From assembly GCA_012295275.1 (NCBI GenBank), contig CM022666.1:16616001-16680000 (forward strand): 64,000 bases of DNA. Direction: 5' to 3'. Shown here piece after piece: positions 1-18,507 of this stretch (the first letter of the stretch is position 1; each line of letters opens with the position of its first letter). This DNA is from Chrysomallon squamiferum (Eukaryota > Animalia > Mollusca). Both the position numbers and the translations under genes were made by a program. The notes beneath the pieces were generated by a model that saw only the letters and a list, made by a program, of their open reading frames with translations, was not told the DNA's origin and searched no databases.

Positions 1-224
1 ACCATTGTTTTGCGAAACAACAGAAGAACGATCAGCGTATCGGAAACCATTATCAGTCTGTCAGTGAAAAGCGAGTTTAGTGCTTCGTTCTGGCTGCAGA
101 GAACAAAGCTGGTTAAGTCAACATTACTACTAACTTACTGGCATCGCAAAAACCTCGCTGCTTTTGCTAAATTCAGAATTAATTTACAATATCTGTGGAC
201 AATAGACAGTCATATACGTTATGA

Positions 225-620
<396 letters not shown>

Positions 621-1037
621 GCACAATTTTGTTTCAGTTAATTTAATTACTGTTTTCTGTTTTACGTGAAAATATTACTTATTTACAATGACACACATAC
701 GTACACATATCACTATTGATTGATATATTAATGTCTGGTCTGGGCGCAGTATTTTCAAATATAGACAGAAATTTTTCATTAAAATAGTCTTCTGACGCAA
801 ATATAACAGTTATAATTATGTTGCTTTTTTAACATGTGTTTTCGTCAACGCCGGTTTCTGTAATAAGGGTTGGGCAGTTTGATATTAATGTTATTATGGC
901 ACAGAGAATTTTATAAAGGGATGGGAAAGTAAGAAAATTAATCGTTGGATCTTATTATCAAGAAAATGTGCCACAACAGTCTTTATTAAGAAATGATACG
1001 TAATACAAAACATAAAACAATTTTATATTAGTGTGCG

Positions 1038-1118
<81 letters not shown>

Positions 1119-1717
1119 AGACTTCTATATGTGTTCGTACCTGTTTATGTATGTATCTATATGTCTATGTGTATGTGTAAATAAAAAAAGTAAGTTTGTT
1201 GAGTAATAGAAAACTATTTTATGTCTAGCGTTTTCCCACACTAACCGACCTTTTTTTATTTATTTTTTTCCCTTTGTAAAGTCGGTCTCCTGTTTTCAAG
1301 AGAGTAATAAAAATATAAATATCAAATTATTATCGGCACCACACATGTTGTTACTGTCTGACATTACACCCAAATAAAATCAGCAGATAAAAATACAGAT
1401 CAGTGAGTTGTTTCTGTGAGTCGGTAGCTAGGGCGCGGGTATGTGTTCAGTCGTGGGAGACTAGGGTAGTTTGCGGTACTTCACCGTACTCTGACTCGCC
1501 TTTGAGAAAATAAATAAAACATTGAGTATTGCAATATCGCAATAACCTCAGGCTGGAATTTCCTCATGAATAAAACAAAGACGCTGGAACTGCAAGTTTT
1601 TTTTATTAATCATGTTCTCTTATCTGCAAGTCATATTCGCAATGCTTGCCAGAGGCGGAATATTTCAGCTGTATAATTTGGTTTTGTGCTTCAGTGTTCC
1701 CTTTCCTTTACTTTTTA

Positions 1718-1781
<64 letters not shown>

Positions 1782-2767
1782 CCTTTTTGATTTCTTTATA
1801 CGGTTGGATACTGGTTCTAAATCATCAGTCTTGACTGTGGTATGTCCTACGTTCAAATCCAGTCACCGGTAGATCTAACATATCTAAGACTATAGCACTC
1901 TATTCCACTAACATACTAACACTGTATTGTTGTTGCTGGATCACTGACAATCTTCCTCACAGTATTAGATGGTCTATTTCTCGTTCTAACGCATGCTCCA
2001 TGACTGATTATAAAAGTTTTATTTTTCCTGATAAAGATGTGTACATGATGCTTGTGTCTGTTAATCTTAGGTGTTAGAAATGTTATGTGTCTGACGTTAT
2101 TTGAAGCTCTGAGAGGAAAATACAGGAATCATTTCATTTGGAACGGAAGGCAGAAGCATCACAGCTCAGATAAATGGTTTTTACGAAAGAGAAAATTATC
2201 TGTAACTGAATACAGATTTGTTTTCGAATACGACATCTGTTAATGCTGTTTATCGAGGTATGAGTATCACTCTCTGACAGGAAAGTTTATTTTCCTACAC
2301 TTAACTCATAACTGCAGTTATCTGCTCATAACGGAGCACGTTTTTTTCGTAACAAAAACTGCGGAACTTCTTACCTTCGACTTTATTATCTCGTAGAACA
2401 AAGTCAGAAACACAGCCTCTGTTTCGTATTTATGACGACATTATTTTTTGTAAGTATTTCTTATGTCGTCATAAATAATACATTTTCATTTGCACGCTAG
2501 GATCTTAATAACACTCAGCTGTATTTTAAATATTACTTCTAAAATTTACTTTTCTCCTGAGCTAAGAAAAAAAACTATTGTAAGTCACGTCAAAACAGGC
2601 TTGTCAATATCTGAACAATGTATGCGTTATTCATGAAGAAAGAACTATTTGCATAACGTTACCCTTCAATCAGATTTGCCCAGATTAGCCTTGTGAAGGT
2701 CACGTGCATTCGTCGACGCAGGCGCACTGATGTAATAAAGGGTTTGACAGTAGAGATACTTCTAGTA

Positions 2768-2847
2768 CAAAGTATCGATATTTCTTTATTATTTAATATT
2801 ACCAGACAAAGTATCGATATTTCTTTATTATTTAATATTACCAGACA
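2768..2847. repeat. Perfect 39-bp tandem duplication
   Basis: caaagtatcgatatttctttattatttaatattaccaga x2. Confidence 0.9.
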
Positions 2848-3179
2848 GTCAAACGAGCAGGAGAACCGTAGTTCAGTTGTTAGAGTGTTTGCATTAAGTT
2901 CAATCAAGTCTGCTTGGACCGTCCATTGCGGATTTACCCGTTACGACTGATGCTCCATAACTGGTCATGATCTTTACTTTACTGTTTACGGGAAGGCCCA
3001 TATAAAAGATTAGTTTGTGCTACGCAATTACTGGAGCCAAACAAGCGTGATTTCTCTGTCGAGTTATCGTAAATGACAAAATTTGTGACACCGATCTTAC
3101 AAATTTTCATTTATTTATTTCTTATCAATTACAATACAGTTTACTTTCTACACAAGTGATACCAAAAATAAGCATTAAC

Positions 3180-3320
<141 letters not shown>

Positions 3321-5214
3321 GAATGCTAAGCTATTAACTGATTAAAAAAGAAAAGAACACTAGAGGACTGGTCTTGAGAAAGGCAGATTGTGTTATTAAA
3401 GTTAATGGAAAACTTGTAGATATTTCTGCTTCAACCTTTTGTTCTCTCTAATCTGCCTTGTGTCACGTGAGCGGGTTTTACAATTCAAAGTAGGAGTGGT
3501 TCAATCTATAGGCGCGTTTGTAATGTTCAATGTGATATTTTTACATCAGCTTTATTTGAAATGTCTCTTAACACGATTCATCAATATTTTTTATTAAAAT
3601 ACTTATCTGCTTCTAGGAACTATAATAATAATAACAACAAAACAACAACAACAACAACAATAATAATAACAGTAGTAATAATAATAATCATCATACGTTG
3701 AACAACTAAGACCACGGTGATGATAGTGATAATAACAATAATGATGACAATGATGATGATAATTATGATGATTATGAAGAGAATAAAATGTTAAAGCACC
3801 TTTTTTTCTTTCTTTTTTTAAAAATGCGTTTTTATTTCTTTCTTTATTTGGGTAATTAGCTAATCGTACAAGAAAAAATTGAAATAAATAAATAAATAAA
3901 ACTAGTTTGATTTCTGTCTAAATTAAAGATGCTTATCCACGCTGACTTTGCTTCGCATGCTTACTGCTAATAAAACTCTTGTGGGAGAACTGCTTTGCTG
4001 GATTGATGACAGTGAAATCCACCGAGAGGTTCTGTTAGATCAAATATGTATGAACTTTTGTTAATTAGCACGAGGTAACAACTCGGTTCCTTCCGTTACA
4101 CAGAACAAGAAGAAAAATTCTGTGACTCGATTCCGCTTTCATTGTTGTGTTTAACACTGCAGTCTAAAATGAACGCTAGTGTTTTTAACGTTATATTTGT
4201 ATTCCTTTATTTAAAAAGAAAAATCGCATTTAGAAAATTTAGAAAATTTATTTATTTATTTATTTATTTATTTCTGATTGATTGATTTTATTATTTATTA
4301 TTTTTTGTCTTTTGCTTTTTGTTAAAATTGTTCTTCCCTTTTTATGAAATCTGATTAAAATAAATAATGAAATATAGTTATTTAAATTAGATAATATTTA
4401 GTTATTATCATTTTAAATATATGTTGTTTTCCTGCTGTTGTTTGTTCTTCTGTACTGCTACTGACACACAGATTGAAAATCAACCTCATTCAGTGTTCGC
4501 TGTCTCCCAAAGTACAACACGCTTCACATGCGTCTGAACAAAATGTATGGCGTGAGATCACTGTCGACATTATACATTTCTAATTTCGTCTGCTGATTTT
4601 TTTTTTTTTTTTTTTTTTTTCCGGTTAGTTCTTGTTGGTTTATTTCAGAATAATTGTTCCAAAACAAATTTTCCGGGAATACAATTTCTAAACGACTGTG
4701 TCTTTAATAAATGTCACGGAATGGTCAATAATAATGCAATCTGTTAAAACTGCTTTGTGGTGATTATTTAAATTTAAATATAGAAACGAAATACGGCGCA
4801 CCTATTTCTATATTCGGTGTTTAAAAAAAGAAAAATGAGAGAAAGAGAGAAAAGATTTATGAAGCTAATCCAGGAAAGTATTTTCGTTTCTTATTTTCTA
4901 AACTGCTGAGTTTATTAGTTAATACAATAATATTATGGTCACGGCTGGAAGGTACACGGATCTGATCTTGGAACCAGAGTTAACTGTACACACATTTGTA
5001 CTGCTTCTTCTTCGTAACAGTATTAATAAGAGATAAATATTTATCATGTAAGAAAGTATAAGACTTAAACGTTAAACGTATTTAGTGTTTATACATCGTT
5101 AGCTAATCTCAGTCAAGTAAACCGAGCCTGAAGCAGTAGGTCAGATTTGTTACGTCACTATCAGCATGTGACTATCATTACCTCACTGTACGTGTATGAC
5201 CGTCATTACGTCAG

Positions 5215-5402
5215 TGTAACTATGTGACTGTCATATGTCACTTAAAGTATATGATTCTTTGCGTTACTGTAAGTATGTGACTGTCATTATGTCACTTAAA
5301 GTATATAATTCTTTGCGTTACTGTAAGTATGTGACAGTCATTATGTCACTTAAAGTATATGATTCTTTACGTTACTGTAAGTATGTGACAGTCATTACGT
5401 CA
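5215..5402. repeat. 54-bp minisatellite, ~3.5 copies
   Basis: atgtcacttaaagtatatgattctttgcgttactgtaagtatgtgactgtcatt repeated. Confidence 0.9.
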
Positions 5403-6526
5403 GTAGGTATCTACGAGATGCTTTGACTGCGTATATTATTGCTTCGACTCCAGAAATTTTGAATTAACAAATGACTTTTGTGGAAAATCGCAGTGATGAA
5501 TGATAAATTGATCACTTGGTAACTTCATCACTCACTCATAAATTTTGTCTGTTAGAGCTACAAGGAAACACTGACTGTTAATGACAGATTACAGTTTTTA
5601 GTAAGAATATTACCACTGTTGCGATATATATATATATATATATTGCATTTACTACACTGACTTTGATGGTTTCTAGCCTTTATGACTAATCTGGTACAAG
5701 CTAACACTGATACTTGATTGTGTTCCAAATGACAGACTTGTTTGAACCTCAGTGGATATAAGCTTATCAGAATTTGTTTATCGATGATTTACAGCATGTA
5801 CATTCTCTGTCTACAGAAATGTAAAAATATGTGACATTTCTCTACAGTTGTGTTAACCTTCTTAGTGTATTAGCCAGCTCTCCTTGCTGTGTGAAATAAC
5901 AACAAGGCGTGTAACAGCATCATTTATATCCAACAAAGAGAGAAATGATTTATTTCATAATTGCTCAGTGTTCTGTATTAATGTCAATAATGCAGTTAAA
6001 ATTATCAATTTAATTTTTTTTTTTTTATAATTTCGTCTATTCTCCGTCCTCTGATAAAGACTTGTGTAAATTATTCCGTGATGTGTGGATCCGTGTAATA
6101 AAGAAGCCCTGTGGACAACCACGCCCATCATTTCAAACATTTAGAAAGGAAATTTAAAAGAAAATCTAGGAGAGGAATTTAAATAAATAAAAGAAGAAAA
6201 AAAATAAATAAGAAAGATAATATGCGTGAAAGTCACGTGACGACAAGACAGAAACTTGATCGACTGACTCCCAACCGCTTTCGACTTTGCACGTGACAAC
6301 AAAGAACCACGCATAATGGCGGCCAGGCGTGAGTCGTAATCTTCTTCTCACATTAATTTCCTCCCCTCACGCAATTCAACACCACGTTTTGTTTGAACTC
6401 TTTGTCTAGCGTCATTTTAACCCTTTAACCACAGACTGTCTGAAAAGTAGAGGATCTTTTTAAAGATTTCGTGAAAGATTTTCTCATTTGTTAATAAAAG
6501 TAACATTTTCTTTCATTTTTTTTAAT

Positions 6527-7001
<475 letters not shown>

Positions 7002-7309
7002 ACAAGATACAAATTCGATCCAATCCTATTACGTTTTGTGAATAATCTATTTTTCTGTTTACATTAGTCTAATGTTACCAGTCAGATAACATTACAACAG
7101 TGAATGTAATAACGTTTATATATCACCTTAGTCATACGTGCATTGCACACTGTTATTTAGTATTTTATACCTTTGTTATTCTTTCTTTCTATATTTCCTT
7201 CTTTCTGCCTTGTTTGAATTTAAATGCAAAACAGCATTAAGTGTTGTTTGCAACTATGCATTGCCGTCGATATCAGTTGTGTATTAACAAATATTCGTAT
7301 ATTACAGTC

Positions 7310-7665
7310 TTTCACTGTACGTGTTATATTTACACGTATTTGCTATTCAGGTTTCATATCACGTATATACTTCATCAGACAGCTATCACGTGTATACTTT
7401 ATAAAACACATATCACATGTATACTTTATGGATACCGCGTACATGCTTCATAAACACATAAAGGATATACTTCATCAGGTACATGCTTCACGAACATTAT
7501 GCATATACTTTACCATAAACATGTTGTTATCAAGCATGTTTTTTATGATACATATTACATATATACTTCATTATACATATTTCATCACGCATATTTCACG
7601 TGTATACTGTATCACGGATGCTTCACGCCTATACATCATCACGCATACTTCAAGTCTATACTTGA
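7310..7665. repeat. Degenerate ~24-bp tandem repeat (tcacgtgtatacttcatcacgcata-like)
   Basis: Recurrent atatacttcat / tcacg motifs at roughly regular spacing. Confidence 0.65.
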
Positions 7666-8689
7666 TCGCACACACTTTGCGCCTCCCTCCCGTTCTGACA
7701 AGCGTGACGTGTTATTGCTAATCGATACTGAAAAACAACGTTTTTATACGGCTGCAGGAATTGTATGGGACTTTATAGCACGCTATTTGTTTGTGATTAG
7801 GCTTTTTCAAGCCTTGCCTCTCTTATTATGCACTCGCGTTATGAGAAACTCCGTAGTCGTTACTCGGGGCAATAAAGTCTGCAGATGGCTCAATTTATGG
7901 GAGAAAAAGATATTAGTTTTTATCCTAACCAATAACCGTAGTCGACCATAATAATATCGAAGCAGAGTTATTCATCTAATCTGGCGTTCGTTCACACACA
8001 GCCGCGCTGGGGTATAAAAACCAGCACGAGGATAGATGACGCCATTTTAGCTCTCCCAGGCTTAACTTTACTGATTTATTCATTGAGGGAATCGTGAGTC
8101 TTATCAAGCACGCTTGTCGTGTATGGATTAGTTGGCGTCATTATCTCTGTATGATTTTATCTTAGCAATAATAAACTCATTATCATATTTGTCCAAACAA
8201 TCGTACTCTCATTAACTAAAGTTTACCACTGATCCGCTTCAGCGTAACGTTTTGATAGCCAATCAGCGAGGTCCTCACCTCACGTGACCTCTAACCGTTG
8301 CAATAACACAGCCAGCTTGCAGTGCTAAAGGCACGGTCACACTAGACAATCTGTAGTATCTGTGGCAGCGTTTAAAATGATAGCTGGATTACTTATGTGT
8401 ATATGTGTATCTGTGTTCGTGTATGCGTCACGCTTAATGCGCGATCACACTATTCGACTTGTAAATAATACAGATCACTAAATTTAGGGGGAGGGTGAAG
8501 TTGAGCGGTTTTTTTTTTTTTCTACCGTTCTTTTTATTTGTTTCTTCTCTTGCATTTCTCTATGAAATGACGTCACAAATAAAATTCAGTTTCCTTACTT
8601 CATTATCAGTCAGTGTTGATACTGATAATGTGTTTTACTTCGGGTAATATTATGTGAGAGTAAATAAAATAATTTGGTTTTGTAAGTAA

Positions 8690-9000
8690 TATTTTACTAT
8701 TCCAAGTAACATTTTATTACTGCAAGAAATGCTTTCTTATTGTTAATATTGTGTTTTTGCAGGTTTCATTTTGTTAACATAGACAATATTTTGTTATTAG
8801 AGATAATATTGTGTTAACAGAGATAATATTTTGTTATTAGGTAATATTGTGTTAAAAGAAATAACATTTTTTTATTACAGGTAATATTGTGTTAATGTAG
8901 GAAATATTTTGTTATTACAGGTAGTATTGTGTTAATACAGGTAATATTTTGTTATTACAGGTAATATTGTGTTATTACAGGTAATATTTTGTTATTACAG

Positions 9001-9008
<8 letters not shown>
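8690..9008 (+). repeat. 20-bp tandem array made of the TNF splice acceptor plus the first exon bases
   Basis: Unit gtaatatt(t/g)tgttattacag; the real junction is ...ttattacag|gtaatataaa at 9000/9001. Confidence 0.9.
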
Positions 9009-11006
<1,998 letters not shown>

Positions 11007-11894
11007 GTTCACTCGTTCATTCTTCTTGCCTATTTGTGATACTGCACGACAGCTGAAACTATTCCATACATTTCACATCAGGGCTGGATCTGGACTCGAT
11101 GACGTTTTAAATACACTGGAAGTGACGATGTTCAGTTCTGCGTAACTTTTCAGATTATAATCTATTTGACGAGAGTATGTGTTTACAAGTGTTACTGTTT
11201 ACAAGACTAACTGTTTACAAGAGTAACTGTTTACAAGTATAACAGTGTTACCTTTGCCACAGATCCTATTTGACAAGTGTTAGCTGTGTAGCATTTGACA
11301 CAGTGAAATGTTGACTTTACTGGAGATGTTACTGGACATGTTAGTCCTGTAACGAATAATGAACAAGTGCAGTAACTGAATTCTGCGTTATCAGACTGGG
11401 AGATGTTTAGACTGCAGATCTGTGCTGAAGAGCCATTTGAAAAGTGTAAGAATTAACAGCCTGCCTGCCTGTATTTTGGATTTTTGATGATTGTGTGTTA
11501 GAGGAAAATAAAACAAATGTAATGAATATTTCAGTCTAGGATGTAAATATGTGTACGTTTTACGTGTGGTGACACAAAATTAGACTAAACAGAAATGTCA
11601 AAGACTTTTAACTAACTCCGGCCCTGACGTCGTCTCCATTCTACTGCTGATGTCGTCGTTTCTAGACAACGTCTTGGAACACGGCATGCACGTCGTGGAC
11701 AATAACTGCTTCATAATCGAAGTGTCATTAAGCCTTTGCGTTGAGAAAAACATTAATGATTTGTGAGAATGATGTTAAACAGCATGTAATGCTAAAACTG
11801 ATGTACATAGTTCATACATTGTGTTCCATTAACTAAACTACACAGCCAGAGAAACGAGCCGTTATTTACTTAGTGTGCATTTACACGTGTAGTA

Positions 11895-11925
<31 letters not shown>

Positions 11926-12534
11926 TTATTACTACTACTACTACTACGACTACTACTACTAATACCCTATTATTATTATTAGTATTATTATTACAAAGTT
12001 ATTTCTGATGTAAGATGTATTTTTAAAATATATAATGATTAAAAACATACCCACAGAAGTAACTGGTAATAAAAAACTAGTTTACGCTGAATCAAACTAA
12101 AAAAAAAAATATTATTTACTACAAACTTATTTACTCCCAGATTTTTTTGTTTCCAAACGAATTATATTTGATGAAAAAAAAAAAAAAAAAAAAAAAAAAA
12201 GATTATTTTGTTTGTTTATCGCTGTGTGCTAAAATTGTCCTTCGAAATTGGAAAAAAACAATTTCAATACTTTCGCCACTAATTTCTGAAAAACATATCT
12301 CATGATTCCAGGCAGGTTTCTGATTGGTCGTCATATATATCCAAATAAAATAAAATAAAATAAAATAAAATAAAATAAAAATGAAACACGTTAGATAATA
12401 TTCTGATCTTTTTTTTCTTTTTTCTCTTCACCCAGCAGAGCGCAAACATTAAGAAATATATAGATTGTAAACAAACATATCAAAAAAACAAATCAAAATT
12501 TAAAAAAAAACACATTAACAATAATAATAATAAT

Positions 12535-12571
<37 letters not shown>

Positions 12572-13239
12572 GTAAAAATAATAAAAACCTGTTTATATCA
12601 GTTTATTATGTTCTGCAATAACATAAAGATGCAACGGTTTTTAAAAATGTGAAACTTTATGCAAAAATTGCATTTGCGAACATCATTAAAACAAGTACGA
12701 ATAGTTAAAGTTTTAATTAGTTTTTGTATATTATAATTATGTAAATACATCGGTAACACATTGCGAGATAATAATTAATTTTCTTATTGAGTGGTTGTGG
12801 GACTAATTAACACATTTCTGCTTTAATTAAGCACATAGAACTGCCGCGTGTCAGCGATATCTAACATAACAGTGTCCTCACATGACGATAACACAGAGCA
12901 GAATAATCATTATGAAAACATAGATTAAGCGATTATCGATATTAATAGCCAATTATCGACACGTGCATCTCGTTCTATTACTTGTTCATGAAAACTGTCC
13001 CATCAGGCTTTGGTGTAATACTGCTTTATACATAACGTGTGTGTGAGATAAACGCGTGCAGCTCACATCATATGTAAATATATGTCACCTATACCATGAC
13101 GTGTCAGCGAATATCTTGAACGTGTCAGAAAACATAGTCGTTAATTGTAGAAAAATGTTATCCTGTATGTCGCGTAAAACATGACATTTTCTTGTTTAAT
13201 AATCACTTTTTTATATAGCAAGTATGTATTATAATAACA

Positions 13240-13282
<43 letters not shown>

Positions 13283-14559
13283 CCATCCATATGTACATAC
13301 GTATATACGTACAACACTATGATGTAAATTCAAACTGTATGATCCGTACAAAATGGAGTAAAGAGATGACTGTGTAATGAGTAATGCTGTGTTCTGTAAT
13401 TATCATTATTTTATATTCTATTACGCATGCTCATATTGATTATGAATAATTTTACATTATGCAAATGTGACGTATATGTAGTTTACATAATACTGTAATA
13501 CGTAATATATATAACATTGTAATACTTAGTTAGTGTTCACCATTCCTAACTCTCCACGTGTCCCGTTTTATTACGTCATCCATAAACTGCTCAAATGGAG
13601 TGTCACGTGATCACATTTAGAGTGCTTTGCTCTTGTATAATATTTACCGTTATTTGGATTGTACGGTTTCTATACTTGCCATAATATTATTACTAATAAG
13701 AAAGGATTTACAGAAAGAAAAAAAAAGAGAAAATAATAATAACAAAAATAAATTAAATTAAATAAATAAAATAAAATTAAATAAATAAATAAATTAATAA
13801 ATTAATTAATTATTTAAAAATTAAAAATAAAAAATATAAATAAATAAAAAGAAAAAAGAGAACTAAACACTGATAAAATAAACAATCATAATAATAATAA
13901 TAAATACTAATTAAATGAAATAAAAACTAATATTAAAATAAATAAATTAATATAAATAAATAAATAAATGAGTTATCAAATAAAAGAATACAATGTGAAT
14001 GATAAAATATGGTAGTTTGTCAAATGGTTTATCGAATGATTGTTAGCTGTTTACATTAAATGTAAGATTACAAGTTAAAAAAAAAAGTTTATTGTTAATG
14101 AAAATTTTTGTTGTGTTCAGCTCATTTTCTTCCAGTTCTGTTTTTGTTTTGTTAAATTATTTATTTTTTATTTGGTTAATGTAGTTGCATATTTTCATTG
14201 TGATGTTATTGATTTAGATCTTGTTATTTATTTGAAAAGTTAAATTGATGGATTTTATATATATATATGTAATTCTTTTTTATATAGCAAATACAAAAGA
14301 TAAACGGCGATGAATATTTTAAATTTTTCAAATAAACTATTTAAAAGGATCTTTTTTGTTTCTTTCTGAAAATTATTTTTAAAAATACTTTAAAATGTTT
14401 ATAAAATCTATTAAAATTTTGAAAACAAATTTCACTATGCGAAAGTACTAATGCGAAATTTAATTTAAAAATTCATTTTCAAGATTAATACATTTTTGAT
14501 AGTTCAATATCAGTTTTTATTTAATTATTTATTTTTTAAATTTATTAATTATTATTGTC

Positions 14560-14617
<58 letters not shown>

Positions 14618-14833
14618 AGTCGCAGTGACAAAGTGCAATGTATGTTTCTGTTTATAAATTTTGTTTGTCCAGCTTTTCGTGTTGAATAAATTTTCAGATG
14701 TAAATGTGATATTTTTGTAAACAAAGGATGATTGTGATAAATACTTTCAAATCCATGAAACGTCTTTTTTATTTCTTAATTTTAAAATGAAACAGATTTT
14801 AAAAATCTGAATGTTGGTAACTGTACCTCTGTT

Positions 14834-14918
<85 letters not shown>

Positions 14919-15043
14919 GACAAGAGAACAGTGTACAAATAAACTAGTGAGAAAGTCACGTGACAATGCTGCAGTCTCAAACCAGCTTGTCAACCAGACA
15001 CAATCAAATTTCCTTCACTAAACAGTAATCAATACTTCGACAG

Positions 15044-15497
15044 AACGTGAATAACATCTGACACGTCAGAATATCAACTACAACTGCAACAACACCACCA
15101 GCTACTACTACTACTGACGTGAATAACATATGACATGTCAGAATATCATCTAGAACTACAACAGCACCACCAGCTACTGCTACTGCTGCTACTACTACTA
15201 CTGACGTGAATAACATATGATATATCAGAATATCATCTAGAACTACAACAGCACCACCAGCTACTGCTACTGCTGCTACTACTACTACTGACGTGAATAA
15301 CATATGACATATCAGAATATCATCTAGAACTACAACAACACCACCAGCTACTGCTACTGCTACTACTACTACTACTACTGACGTGAATAACATATGACAT
15401 ATCAGAATATCATCTAGAACTACAACAGCACCACAAGCCACTGCTACTGCTGCTACTACTACTACAGATTTGAATAACATATGATATGTCAGAATAT
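15044..15497. repeat. ~87-90-bp minisatellite, ~5 copies
   Basis: acgtgaataacatatgacatatcagaatatcatctagaactacaacagcaccaccagctactgctact... repeated. Confidence 0.92.
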
Positions 15498-16506
15498 GGA
15501 TAAATGAGTATTTCTGTTTGCAATAAAATCTGATACCTCAATATAAATAGTTAATTTTGCTGAATTGTTACTACTACTACTACAAGTAAAACTACAACGA
15601 CAACTAGTACTACTATACTACAACTACAACTACAATAACACCACCGCTACTACTACTGCTGCTCCTACTTCTACTACTACACCACTATCACTACAGTAAC
15701 ACCAACTACTACTACTGATACTACTATTACTATTTATACTGCTACTACAACTACTGCAACAACAACTAGTACTGTTGCTACTGCTACTACTATAGCTTTT
15801 ATTGATATAAAACTGTAACTAGATGATTTTTTTAATGTAAAAATTTATATAAAAAATAAATAATATTTGAACTATTATTCCTATATGGTAAAAATGTATG
15901 AATCTTATACTACCAGTATTACAACTACAACAACAACAAACAGTCTAGTACTACTGCTGATGTTGTTGTTATTGTTATTTTTATTATTAATTAATTTATA
16001 ATTAAAACAAAAAAAAAAAACAAAAAAAAAAAAAAAAAAAGAAGAAGAAGAAAAAGAAAAGGAAAAGGAAGATCTCTGAATTAAGAATAATTTTAAAGAA
16101 TAAGAAACAAGTTAACAGGGGCAGTTATTAATATTCATTGCACGCGAATCGTCACTGCTGGTGTTCTAACCACCTGACTATACTCAGCCTCGTTCTGAAC
16201 CGAGTGACACTTGTTTTGTTTAAAACCGAGATAACGAAACTTAAATGACACGTGAGAAAACACTGTGTTACAATATCTGTTTTCATCTGAACAAAAGAAA
16301 CAAAGAGAAACAAAGCAGACGAACCACTGATTTACTTCCTCCATTATTCCGTGACCATGGCAACAGTCTGACGACCACGTGCAATGTGCCTCACCTACAG
16401 TGTCGCTTATTTTTCTTTTCTTTCTTTTCATTATATATATTTCACTACAAAGGAATTCCCACATTGCTCATATTGTTTGGCGTAACTTCCTCTCCACGAA
16501 CAAAAC

Positions 16507-16542
<36 letters not shown>

Positions 16543-16551
16543 TTATAATAA

Positions 16552-16598
<47 letters not shown>

Positions 16599-16750
16599 TA
16601 ATAACAACAACGACAACAATAACAATAATAAATAAATAAATAAAAATAAAGGAGAATAAATAAAGATACGTGACGTAGTTGTTATAACACTACCATATAA
16701 ATTTATGATAAAGTCTGATTAGTTACGTATCTGTCTGTGATGCACCTAAG

Positions 16751-16818
<68 letters not shown>

Positions 16819-16984
16819 TTATGCGCGCTTGCGTGGGTGCCTGCCTGTTTGAGTGTGTAACTGTACACATATATGCGTGTTTCTGCGTGCTTGTGTGTAT
16901 GCATAATTATGTCTGTACATATGTAAATATCTGCTTTTATTATATCTCTATATATTACGTCAGTGAATGAATAAATTCATACGG

Positions 16985-17575
16985 AGATACACATAGATAT
17001 TCACGAATATATGTACACAGATATACTCACTCTTACACACATACACACACACAGATATACATATTCACGCTTACACACATACACACACAGATATACATAT
17101 TCACGCTTACACACATACACACACACAGATATACATATTCACGCTTACACACATGCACACACAGATATACATATTCACGCTTACACATATACACACACAC
17201 AGATATACATATTCACGCTTACACACATGCACACACACAGATATACATATTCACGCTTACACACACACACACACAGATATACATATTCACGCTTACACAC
17301 ATGCACACACACAGATATACATATTCACGCTTACACACACACACACACAGATATACATATTCACGCTTACACACATACACACACACAGATATACATATTC
17401 ACGCTTACACACACACACACAGATATACATATTCACGCTTACACACATACACACACAGATATACATATTCACGCTTACACACATACACACACACAGATAT
17501 ACATATTCACGCTTACACACACACACACACAGATATACATATTCACGCTTACACACATACACACACACAGATACT
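16985..17575. repeat. ~30-34-bp minisatellite with internal (CA)n
   Basis: cacagatatacatattcacgcttacacac(at/ac)... about 17 copies. Confidence 0.95.
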
Positions 17576-17930
17576 CAACAATGTTTTCAACGATTTGCCA
17601 GCACGAAGAACAGATCTGCTGCAGACACAGGTATGGAAATGATTTATATATAAAAATAAGTAGAAACAATAAAATAAGTAAAAGTTTATAAAACTCCGTG
17701 CAAAGAGAGCTGTTCATGTATCACACTCGACTGAAATTTAAAATTTATTATATAAGAAAGTTTTCTTAAAAATAGTTTAGTACTGTGCATCTGTGTGTGT
17801 GTGTGTGTGTGTGTGTGTTCATGTGTGTGTTTATGTATGTATGTATGTATGTAAGTATATATGTCCTTGTGTTTAAGGAACATTCAATTTAGAATGAAAA
17901 CTAAATAAACATAAAGATGTAAATTCTGTA

Positions 17931-17968
<38 letters not shown>

Positions 17969-18431
17969 AATTGCTAATTTTAATGATTAAACATTTAAAT
18001 TTAAATTTAAAGGAAGATAAAATATTAGCTATAAACAATATTCTATATGTATCTGTGCACAGTTCTGTATAACATAATAATATCAGTAATAGTTATCAGT
18101 TTTGACGTAATAAGAATAGAAATAGTAATAGTTGATGTAATAGTAGTTGTAATAGTAGTTGTAGTAGTAGAAGTGGTAGTAGTGACAGTAGTAGTAATAG
18201 TAGCCGTAGACGTGTTAGAGGCAATAGCAATAGAAGTAGTACTAGTAGTAATGGTACAAGTAGTAGTAGTAATAGAATATGTTGGTGGGGAGTTGATATG
18301 TAAGGGGTAATAAGTATTTAAAAATGCAACATAAGAAATTTGCTAGAGTTATCTTCCTTGAATTTTTATGGCTACAACAACGTTTTGTTATTCTGTTATG
18401 GAAATATGGATATTTACTGACGCAATATTTA

Positions 18432-18507
<76 letters not shown>

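Noticed and set aside
7224-7951. Overlapping ORFs of 70-165 aa
   Set aside because: They derive from a degenerate tandem repeat and show no recognisable domain.
15004-17717. Val/Ala-rich and His/Thr-rich ORFs
   Set aside because: Translations of minisatellites and (CA)n; open in several frames, with no splice or domain support.
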